Source of the DNA: Candidatus Eiseniibacteriota bacterium
GTDB taxonomy: Bacteria > Eisenbacteria > RBG-16-71-46
Direction of reading: 5' to 3'
DNA: 11,868 bases
Assembly (NCBI GenBank): GCA_035712145.1
Contig: DASTBI010000262.1
Span: 1 to 11,868, forward strand
Of this stretch, positions 1 through 6,738 are shown one piece after another. Numbering within the stretch: the first letter of the stretch is position 1; every line of letters begins with the position of its first letter. The notes under the pieces are model-generated. The model was not told the DNA's origin. It saw only the letters and a program-made list of their open reading frames with translations, and ran no database searches. The position numbers were made by a program, and so were the translations under genes.

Positions 1-120
1 CAGGTCGCGACGGTCGGTCCCGGCTGGACCGGCTCGTGGGGCATGGGGTTGTTCGGGATGCAGATTCATAGCTGGGGTCGAGCCTCCGCTCGTTCTTGGT
101 CCGGTAGCTCTTTCGTAGCC

Positions 121-166
121 GTCTTGCGTGAGCGGCTCGGAACGGTGCGCTGACCAGGAGTCGAGA
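121..166. repeat. Direct repeat copy 1 (~45 bp) upstream of the sigma-54-domain-like gene
   Basis: gtcttgcgtgagcggctcggaacggtgcgctgaccaggagtcgaga at 121-166 recurs at 182-227 with about 88% identity; the first 16 nt (gtcttgcgtgagcggc) and the core gtgcgctgac are identical; period 61 bp. Confidence 0.7.
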
Positions 167-181
167 CGCCTGTCCGTCGCT

Positions 182-227
182 GTCTTGCGTGAGCGGCGCG
201 GACCAGTGCGCTGACAGAAGTCGAAAG
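182..227. repeat. Direct repeat copy 2 (~45 bp), ends ~15 nt before the ATG at 242
   Basis: gtcttgcgtgagcggcgcggaccagtgcgctgacagaagtcgaaag; same head-to-tail orientation as copy 1; non-coding in every frame that would be consistent with neighbouring genes. Confidence 0.7.
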
Positions 228-241
228 GGAACGGGACGGGA

Positions 242-760
242 ATGGGAATCCCCAGCGAGAGGCGCGGGGGGCACATGGCACAGCCCCCCGCCGAACTCAT
301 CGAGCTTCACTGCCACAGCCTGACGACGCTCTTGGTGATTGGGGGCCAAGCGATGGAACGTCGGGCTGTGGCTATTTCTTTCCATCGCACGAGCCACGTC
401 TCGAGCGGACCCTTCGTCACCGTGGACTGCCGACAGGAGGAAGACCGGCTCCGTCTGGCGCTCCAGGCGCTGATGGCCGATACCGCTCCTGATCCAGGGC
501 CGGATCCGATTCGCGCCGCTTGGTCGGGCACGTTGTTCCTCGACCAGGCCGATGCGCTCTCCGCGGACTGCCAGCGGCTACTGGCCTGGTTCGCGCAACA
601 CACTTTGGAAGGCTCGGTCGGCGCCGATGGCGGCTGGCCCGTGCGCCTCGCGGTGGGGGTCGCGGGAGATCCGGACGTTCTCGGCTTCATCCCCGAGCTC
701 AGGGACGAGATCGACAAGCTTCGCATCGATCTCGACGAGGTCGAAGCCGGCGCGGCCTGA
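242..760 (+). CDS. Degenerate sigma-54 interaction (AAA+ enhancer-binding-protein central) domain protein, 172 aa; no receiver domain, no HTH, Walker A lysine and GAFTGA loop absent
   Basis: Translation aligns by eye to NtrC/PspF-type central domains. TLLVIGGQAMERR sits where the Walker A box GESGTGKE would be. GPFVTVDC matches GPFV(A/I)xNC. GTLFLDQAD matches the Walker B motif GTLFLDEIG. LSADCQRLLAWFAQ matches LxxxxQxKLLRVLQ. VRLAVGVAGDPDVL matches VRIIAATNxxL. IPELRDEIDKLRIDL matches the F(R)EDLYYRLNV region. The ESELFGHEKGAFTGA segment is missing and the protein ends before sensor II or any DNA-binding domain. High GC3 codon usage. Terminator hairpin 47 nt downstream. An alternative start is the ATG at 275. 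Confidence 0.6.
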   Translation: MGIPSERRGGHMAQPPAELIELHCHSLTTLLVIGGQAMERRAVAISFHRTSHVSSGPFVTVDCRQEEDRLRLALQALMADTAPDPGPDPIRAAWSGTLFLDQADALSADCQRLLAWFAQHTLEGSVGADGGWPVRLAVGVAGDPDVLGFIPELRDEIDKLRIDLDEVEAGAA

Positions 761-786
761 TCGCGCATCCATCCTGTCGCACCGCT

Positions 787-987
787 TCACTCGCCCGGGC
801 TCGACGGCCCGCCACTTCCGAGTGGCGGGCTTCCTTTTTCGGGCGTGAGACGCCGCGCGTCACGCAGCGCCTGCCGGAGCAGGAACTCGATCTGAGCGTT
901 CAGGCTGCGCAAGTCGTCGGCGGCCCATTTCTGCAGGGCCGCCAACGTCGCCGGGTCCAGTCGCAGCAGGAAGGGCTTGCGCGCCAC
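787..987 (-). CDS. Arc-like ribbon-helix-helix DNA-binding protein (Arc/Mnt/CopG superfamily), 66 aa, GTG start
   Basis: N-terminal MARKPFLLRLDPATLAALQKWAADDLRSLNAQIEFLLRQAL matches the Arc-type beta-strand/helix/helix signature (KPFLLRLP...SLNAEIVxRL). It starts 8 nt after the stop of the upstream SPFH gene on the same strand. The C-terminal 20 aa are low-complexity (Gly/Pro/Ser) and overlap the convergent terminator hairpin. Confidence 0.65.
   Translation of the reverse strand: MARKPFLLRLDPATLAALQKWAADDLRSLNAQIEFLLRQALRDARRLTPEKGSPPLGSGGPSSPGE
807..840 (+). terminator. Rho-independent terminator for the + strand gene 242..760
   Basis: Perfect 10-bp GC-rich stem gcccgccact (807-816), loop tccg, agtggcgggc (821-830), followed by ttcctttttc (831-840). 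There is no U-tract on the opposite strand, so it is unidirectional. Confidence 0.75.
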
Positions 988-997
988 GGGGAGCCGC

Positions 998-1866
998 CTA
1001 TTGATAGAGCGAGCCGGCGTTCACCACGGGTTGGGTGTGCTGGTCGCTGCACAGAACGACAAGCATGTTGCTCACCATGGCCGCCTTGCGCTCCTCGTCG
1101 AGCTGCACCACCTGCTTTCGCGAAAGCTGTTCCAGCGCCATTTCCACCATCCCGACGGCGCCTTCGACGAACTTCTGGCGCGCGGCGACGATGGCGCTGG
1201 CCTGCTGGCGCCTCAGCATGGCGCCGGCGATCTCCGGGGCGTAGGCGAGATGGCTGATTCGTGCCTCGATCACCTGGACCCCGGCCTTCTCGAGTCGCTC
1301 CTGGACTTCGCGACGCAGCTCGTCCGCGATCTCGACCGGCTGGCCGCGTAGAGAGACTTCCTTTTCCTCGTGCGCGTCGTAGGCGTAGGACGTCGCCAGA
1401 TTGCGGAGCGCCGCCTCGCACTGCACGTGGACGAAGTTCTCGTAGTTGTCGACCTCGAACATCGCCTCGGCCGAGTCCACGACCTTCCACACGATCACCG
1501 CGGCGATCTCGATCGGGTTGCCGTGGTTGTCGTTCACCTTGAGCTTGGCGCTCTCGAAGTTGCGGACTCTCATCGACACGCGCCGGCGGGCGGTGAAGGG
1601 GTTGACCCACCACAGCCCCGTCTTTCGCATGCTGCCCGCGTAGTTCCCGAACAGTGTCACCACCTGGGCTTCGTTGGGGTTCACGATGAACAGACCGAAG
1701 AACATCAGGCTGTCGATCCCCAGCGCGAGAAGGCCGCCGATGACGGCCCACCCCTCGTGGCTACGTATCGCGAACACCAGCAGCCAAGCGGAGGCGAAGA
1801 ACGCGACAGTCCACAGGAGCAACATGGGGACACCTGCCAGGGCACGAACCTCTCTTTCGCGGAACA
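998..1866 (-). CDS. SPFH/band-7 (stomatin/prohibitin/flotillin/HflKC superfamily) membrane protein, ~289 aa from the ATG at 1866
   Basis: N-terminal hydrophobic segments ([43 protein letters not shown]) followed by a band-7 core ([15 protein letters not shown]...[50 protein letters not shown]) and a coiled-coil-like C-terminus. Strong Shine-Dalgarno on the - strand (AAGGAGG, 7 nt, ATG for MFREREV). The longer ORF-track start at 1894 has no RBS. Confidence 0.85.
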
Positions 1867-1986
1867 TCTGAGCTCCTCCTTTCAGCGATGTCATACTGAT
1901 ATCACATTGATAACGGAGAAGCCAGGTGAAGAGTTGCAGAGAGCCAGGAACGAAGAATGGAAGTGTTTGAGGTAGTTGACCTTAGC
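1867..1986 (-). promoter_or_regulatory. AT-richer intergenic region holding the SPFH/Arc promoter and a TGATA-repeat candidate operator
   Basis: The only clearly AT-enriched 120 bp in the window. It lies between the AtuA-like stop and the SPFH start. It contains the palindrome tgatatca (1896-1903) and a second tgata (1907-1911), and candidate -35/-10-like hexamers (ttatca / tatgac on the - strand). Confidence 0.4.
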
Positions 1987-3834
1987 CTAGGTTCGACGGC
2001 GAGGCCGGGGCCTGGCGACCGGCGTTCTGCGGGGTGGCTGGCCGTCCGCCTGGTCCGCCCTTTCGGCGGCGTCGACCAAGGCCTTGGGGGCGCGGACCTC
2101 CATCGCCAGCAGAGCGTGCGACAGCGTCTTGCCCTGCGCGTCGAGCCTCAGGGACACGGTGCCGCCGCCACCCAGCGATTCATGGAGGAGGAAGTTGAGC
2201 GCCGTCAGATTGGGCACCTCGTGGCGCTCCACGCGACCGTGGCAAATGCCTTTGAAATGACGCTTCACCACGGCGGCCGTGAGCGTGCGGCGCAGCCACG
2301 GGTAGATCTCGGGCGACCGAGCGATGACGCCGATGTTGCACATGTCGCCTTTGTCGCCGCTGCGCGCGTGAGCCAGTCGTGAGAGCGGGACCGTGACGAC
2401 CTTCGCGCTGCCTCGCACCGGTGGCGCCGAGAATCGGGGCAAGGGCGGAACCGGCGACTGCGCGAGGAGGGGCGTGGGCCATTCGAGCGTCTGCTCGCCC
2501 TCGCGGGTGACGAGCCGCGGCTTCACGCGATCGCGAGGAACCAGGGCGGGCCAGTAAGCGACGACGTCCTGCGCCTGGGGCCTTCCGCCGGTCACCGCCA
2601 CGCCGGGAGGGCCCGAGAGAATGACCGCCGGGATCATCTTCGCGAACTGCTCGATCTTGTCGCGGTCGCGGTCGCGAACCGACAGCCGCAGGAGCACCTC
2701 GGAGGGATCGCGCTCGGGCGCCAGCGGCCCCCAGCACGCGGAGTGGCCCACCAACTCCGCGTGCGTCTCGATGAATTCGACGCCCAGGCGGCGCCAGAAC
2801 AGGTCGGCGAAGGCGCGGGCCTTCGCCACCGCTTCGGGCGCCGAGATGATCAGCGATCCGCTCGCCTTCCAGCCGTCGAAGTAGGAAGCGCTCACCTTGA
2901 GCGAGCCGGGCGCCGGCCGGCCGCGCACGCCCCAGACGCGCACGCGATCGCGGCCCGCCTGCTCGAGCCGGATCGAGCCGAAGTCGGCGGTGACGTCCGG
3001 CGTGATGTAGGAGCGAGGGTCGCCCATCTCGTAGACCAGCTGCTCGGTCACGGTGCGCACGGTCACGGCTCCGCCCGTCCCGGCGTGCTTGGTGACCACG
3101 AACGATCCATCAGGGAAGACCTCGATCACCGGATAGCCGATGGACTCGAAGTGACGGATGCGGCGCCAGTCGGTGAAGTTGCCTCCGGTGCTCTGAGCGC
3201 CGCACTCGATGATGTGCCCGGCGACGATTCCCGCCGCCAGGCGGTCCCAGTCGTCGGCGGCCCAGCCGAAAGCATGGATCATCGGCGCGAGCGTGATGCC
3301 GGTGTCGGTGCATCGTCCCGTGACCACGATCTGCGCGCCGCTCTTCAGCGCCTCGACCACCGGCCAGGCGCCGAAGTAGGCGTTCGCCGACGAGACGCGA
3401 TCGCGTACCTGCTGGAACGAAGTGCCGTCGTCCATGTGATCCAACGCGACGCCGGTGGCGTTCAGCTCGCCCAGGCGATCCATCAGGTCATCACCTACCA
3501 CGGCGGCGACTTCGAGCTGGTGCCCGTGCTGCTGGATGCGCTCCAGCAGGGTGCCCCGGCAGGCGAGAGGGTTCACGCCGCCGGCGTTGGTGATGACCTT
3601 GGTGCCGTGCTCGACCAGGAGCGGAAGCGCTTCCTCGACCTGCGCGATGAAGTCGCGCGCATATCCGGTCTTCGAATCGCGGGCGCGCTGCTTCTGCATG
3701 ATGGACATCGTGATCTCGGCCAGGAAGTCGAGCGTCACGTAATCCACAGCGGCCAGCTCGACCTGACGCTTGAACTGCGAGAGGTCGTCGCCCCAATAAC
3801 CGCCAGCGTTGGCGATGCGGATCATGTCCGGCAT
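1987..3834 (-). CDS. Acyclic-terpene-utilisation AtuA-family protein, fused DUF1446 (N) + DUF4387 (C), 615 aa
   Basis: N-terminus MIRIANAGGYWGDDLSQFKRQVE...VDYVTLDFLAEITMSIMQKQRARD is the characteristic AtuA/DUF1446 opening. The C-terminal ~110 aa (KVVTVPLSRLAHARSGDKGDMCNIGVIARSPEIYPWLRRTLT...LNFLLHESLGGGGTVSLRLDAQGK) matches the DUF4387 partner domain that is usually a separate small gene. Start at 3834 (MPDM) or 3825 (MIRI); neither has a clear SD. Confidence 0.75.
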   Translation of the reverse strand: MPDMIRIANAGGYWGDDLSQFKRQVELAAVDYVTLDFLAEITMSIMQKQRARDSKTGYARDFIAQVEEALPLLVEHGTKVITNAGGVNPLACRGTLLERIQQHGHQLEVAAVVGDDLMDRLGELNATGVALDHMDDGTSFQQVRDRVSSANAYFGAWPVVEALKSGAQIVVTGRCTDTGITLAPMIHAFGWAADDWDRLAAGIVAGHIIECGAQSTGGNFTDWRRIRHFESIGYPVIEVFPDGSFVVTKHAGTGGAVTVRTVTEQLVYEMGDPRSYITPDVTADFGSIRLEQAGRDRVRVWGVRGRPAPGSLKVSASYFDGWKASGSLIISAPEAVAKARAFADLFWRRLGVEFIETHAELVGHSACWGPLAPERDPSEVLLRLSVRDRDRDKIEQFAKMIPAVILSGPPGVAVTGGRPQAQDVVAYWPALVPRDRVKPRLVTREGEQTLEWPTPLLAQSPVPPLPRFSAPPVRGSAKVVTVPLSRLAHARSGDKGDMCNIGVIARSPEIYPWLRRTLTAAVVKRHFKGICHGRVERHEVPNLTALNFLLHESLGGGGTVSLRLDAQGKTLSHALLAMEVRAPKALVDAAERADQADGQPPRRTPVARPRPRRRT

Positions 3835-3923
3835 GGGTTCGCGGCACGCTAGCCGCTCGATCTCGGGGCGTCAACTTTCAGCCGCGCCGTGACGCGCCTG
3901 TCGCCGCCGATTACCCTCGCGCC

Positions 3924-6020
3924 ATGCCTTCGAGTCCCAAGCGCTCGGCGAAGCGTCGTTCCAGGTCTCACGGGGAATCCCGACCGCGCGCTGTCGTGCC
4001 ACGATCGTCCGGCGGTCTCCTCAGGCCCTCGGCCGATGCCTGGCTCATTCTCGGGCTTGCGCTGTTCGCGGTGCTCGTGCGGCTGCCGCATCTCGGATGG
4101 GGGCTGCCGGTCGTCGAAGAAGAGGCGCTCCCGATGAAGAAGGCCTTTGCCATGTGGGGCTGGGATACAGGTCACATCGACTGGAACCCTCACACCGCCG
4201 GCTGGCCGTCGCTGTCTTTCTATCTGCAGCTCCTGGTTCAGCACCTGCATTACGGCATTGGCCGGTTGAGCGGAGTGTTTCACGACCGTGGCGATTACTT
4301 CGTGGCGCACTGGCTCGACCCCGGGCCGCTGCTGCGAATCTCGCGCGGCGTGAGCATCCTGGCGTGTGCCATCACGGTGGCCACGGCGGGGCGCCTGACT
4401 CTGCGGCTGGCCGGCCGTCCAGCCGCGCTTCTGGTGGGTGGCTTGCTCGCGCTCTCCCCATTGCTCGTGGAGCACTCGCAGCTCGTCATCCCCGACATCC
4501 TCGCGGCCCTGTTCGCGATGCTGGCCGTGGAACGAATCGTGTCGATCTCCGTCCGTGACCAACGCTCGGACGATGTATGGGCCGGAATCTGGATCGGACT
4601 CGGAGCGTCCAGCAAGTACACGCCACTCCTCTTGATCCCGGGGCTCCTCGTCGCTTATGGACTGCGCCTCGAGGGAAGGCTCTGGCGCAGCTCCCGGCCG
4701 CTGATCGCGTTGGCGGTTGCGGCTGTCGCGTTTCTCGTCACCAGCCCGTTCCTGCTCCTCGATCCGCAAGCGCGGGCGCGAGACGTGGCCCAACAGGTTC
4801 TCCATCTCACCAGCGGCCATCTCGGCACCGAGACTGGAGGCCTCGGCATCATCCGATACATCACGCATGTCCTGGGGCCAGGGCTCGGATGGGGCGGCTT
4901 GGTGGTCGCGATGGCTGGCTTCGTCTGGGGAGCCTCGCGTGGAGGGAAGGGGTGGCGAGCCGTGTTGTTCTGCCTAGTGCCCTACTACCTGGGGCTGGCG
5001 TTCCTTCGCACTCAATTTCCACGCTACGCGCTGCCGATCGCCGCTCCGCTCGCCCTCGGCGCCGGCGCTCTCGTGGCATGGATCCAGTCGGCTTCGCTCC
5101 CGGGGCGGGCCAAGGCGGCGCTGATCATGATCGCCGCCGTCGTGGCATGGACACCGGCGGCGCTCGGCGCATGGCAGTACCACCAGCGCCAAGGGAAGGC
5201 GTCCACACAATCGCTCGCCGACCAGTTCGTGCGGGACGCGAACCGGAATGGACGCGTGCTCACGGCCGCCGAGGTGCTGAGTCTTTCGCTTCCCACGGAC
5301 CGCGCGGCGCAAGCCGCCCTCCGCGGGGCGACCACGCTTTCTCCGGAGCAGCAGCAGCGCATGATGGCCCAGCCCAAGTACAACATCGACTTCGTGCCGA
5401 TGTACACCGTGCAGCCCGAAGAGGCGGCGCGCTACTACGACATTCGGCACTTCACCGCTCACGACCATGTCGTGATCACCGACGCCGTCCGCACCCGCTA
5501 TCTCGCCGACACGGTGCGTTTCGCGGCTCAAGCGCGCTTCTATCGCGATCTCGATCGTTATGCAGTCGAGGCGGCGCGATTCTCCGCCGGACCCCACGTT
5601 CGCGGCGCCGAGATCCGCGTGTACCGCATGCCGCCCGAAGCCGTCGAGCGCACCGAGCAGGATCGCGGCGTGCTCGTGATCCCGGCGTTGGAGCCGACGG
5701 TGCGCATCCACATGACCGATTACATGGAGTTCAACGAGGGGATGGCGCGAGCGGCTTACTTGCGGGGTCAGTGGAGCAGGGCGGCGCGTTACTACGGCGC
5801 GATGCTCCAGGCCGGCGAGGCCGGTTGGATGACGGAAGTCGAAACCCTGCCGCTGGTCCGAATGCTGGCCATGCTCGAGGAACGATCCGGGGCCAAGGCC
5901 GCGGCCATTCACCACTACGAGAGCTATCTCGCGCGCGTGCCCGGCGATACCGCCGCCCGCGCTGCCCTGGCCCAGCTCCGTGCCGCGCCGGGGCGCGCCG
6001 GAACTTCGCCCAGGCCCTAG
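3924..6020 (+). CDS. GT-C fold membrane glycosyltransferase (PMT/ArnT-like, GT39/GT83-type) with C-terminal soluble TPR-like domain, 698 aa
   Basis: Basic cytoplasmic N-terminus, then the first TM (AWLILGLALFAVLVRLPHLGW). The first extracytoplasmic loop has an acidic cluster VVEEEALPMKKAFAMWGWD in the position of the catalytic DE/DD motif of PMT/ArnT enzymes. At least 10 further hydrophobic helices run through about aa 400. The last ~300 aa are hydrophilic and end in TPR-like helices (ARAAYLRGQWSRAARYYGAML..., AAIHHYESYLARVPGDTAARAALAQL). Confidence 0.7.
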   Translation: MPSSPKRSAKRRSRSHGESRPRAVVPRSSGGLLRPSADAWLILGLALFAVLVRLPHLGWGLPVVEEEALPMKKAFAMWGWDTGHIDWNPHTAGWPSLSFYLQLLVQHLHYGIGRLSGVFHDRGDYFVAHWLDPGPLLRISRGVSILACAITVATAGRLTLRLAGRPAALLVGGLLALSPLLVEHSQLVIPDILAALFAMLAVERIVSISVRDQRSDDVWAGIWIGLGASSKYTPLLLIPGLLVAYGLRLEGRLWRSSRPLIALAVAAVAFLVTSPFLLLDPQARARDVAQQVLHLTSGHLGTETGGLGIIRYITHVLGPGLGWGGLVVAMAGFVWGASRGGKGWRAVLFCLVPYYLGLAFLRTQFPRYALPIAAPLALGAGALVAWIQSASLPGRAKAALIMIAAVVAWTPAALGAWQYHQRQGKASTQSLADQFVRDANRNGRVLTAAEVLSLSLPTDRAAQAALRGATTLSPEQQQRMMAQPKYNIDFVPMYTVQPEEAARYYDIRHFTAHDHVVITDAVRTRYLADTVRFAAQARFYRDLDRYAVEAARFSAGPHVRGAEIRVYRMPPEAVERTEQDRGVLVIPALEPTVRIHMTDYMEFNEGMARAAYLRGQWSRAARYYGAMLQAGEAGWMTEVETLPLVRMLAMLEERSGAKAAAIHHYESYLARVPGDTAARAALAQLRAAPGRAGTSPRP

Positions 6021-6147
6021 CAGCCCTTGCGGTTGCCTCGTCCGCGCGACGGATGCTAGCTTGGATTTCGCACGCCGAGCCACGAGCGTGCGCACGCCCC
6101 GCCGGTCCCGGCCGCGGCGCATGAATCCAAATCGAATCGAGGACCCC

Positions 6148-6738
6148 ATGTCCGCCGTCCGCACGCTGACCCTGGCCGACGTCGCGTGGCCGCGCGTTGG
6201 TCTCCTCCGTGACACGGTGCTGATCCTGGCGGCCAGCGTCATCACCGCGCTCGCCGCGCAGATCGCCATTCCGTTGCCTTGGTCTCCGGTGCCGCTGACC
6301 GGTCAGAGCTTCGCCGTGCTGCTTTCGGGAGCGGCCCTCGGCGCACGCCGTGGTTTTCTGGCGCAAATGGTCTATCTCGCCGGAGGCGCCCTCGGTCTGC
6401 CGTTCTTCGCCGGCGGCGGCGCCGGCCTCGTCAAGCTGCTCGGGCCGACCGGCGGATACCTCATGGCCTTTCCGTTCGCGGCGGCCCTGACCGGCTTTCT
6501 GGCGGAGCGCGGCTGGGATCGCCGCTTCTTCACCACGTATGCGGCGCTGCTGCTGGGTAGTGCTTTGATCTTTGCCGGCGGGCTTTCATGGCTGGCGCGC
6601 TTCCTGCCGGCGGATCAACTGCTGATGAGCGGCCTGCTGCCGTTCATCCCGGGCGACCTGATCAAGTCCGCGTTCGCTTCGGCCGTGTTTCCTGCCGCTT
6701 GGCGCTGGGCTCATCGCCGCCACGGGAACGACGTGTGA
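6148..6738 (+). CDS. bioY: BioY biotin transporter (ECF-type S component)
   Basis: VPLTGQSFAVLLSGAALGARRGFLAQMVYLAGGALGLPFFAGGGAGLVKLLGPTGGYLMAFPFAAALTGFL is the conserved BioY core. Start chosen at ATG 6148 (MSAVRTL), preceded by GAGGA at a 6-nt spacing. The upstream part of the ORF-track frame (from 5980) is Arg/Pro-rich and implausible as coding. Confidence 0.85.
   Translation: MSAVRTLTLADVAWPRVGLLRDTVLILAASVITALAAQIAIPLPWSPVPLTGQSFAVLLSGAALGARRGFLAQMVYLAGGALGLPFFAGGGAGLVKLLGPTGGYLMAFPFAAALTGFLAERGWDRRFFTTYAALLLGSALIFAGGLSWLARFLPADQLLMSGLLPFIPGDLIKSAFASAVFPAAWRWAHRRHGNDV

Noticed and set aside
1-153. Possible gene fragments at the 5' edge: a + frame-1 open run ending at TGA 151-153, or a - strand ATG at 69 reading off the window
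   Set aside because: No recognisable motifs. Only about 20-50 aa are visible and the composition is ambiguous. They cannot be distinguished from the 3' UTR or non-coding region, and one would overlap repeat copy 1.
100-241. Sigma-54 (-24/-12) promoter within the direct repeats, as a tempting link to the EBP-like gene
   Set aside because: Both TTGC occurrences (124-127 and 185-188) lack a GG dinucleotide at the required 10-nt upstream spacing. No TGGCAC-like element is present.
520-1751. Several long ORFs (520..1257 +, 900..1751 -, 977..1351 +, 1370..1975 +) overlapping the SPFH and Arc genes
   Set aside because: Their translations are dominated by R/G/P/A/H runs. The - strand frame 998..1866 gives a clean SPFH domain with a strong SD.
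3849-4868. 339-aa - strand ORF across the AtuA/GT-C divergent region
   Set aside because: Out-of-frame high-GC artefact (RDQ/RRP-rich). It would abolish the divergent promoter region and overlaps the real GT-C N-terminus.
4974-6269. 431-aa - strand ORF and 515-aa + strand ORF (4577..6124) overlapping the GT-C gene and the bioY upstream region
   Set aside because: Both are Arg/Pro/Gly-rich nonsense frames. The frame beginning at 3924 has coherent TM helices and a TPR-like tail.
6588-6734. Upstream extension of the hbd ORF
   Set aside because: It overlaps the bioY coding region, and the Rossmann fold begins immediately after the GTG at 6735. The short form gives a typical 285-aa Hbd.
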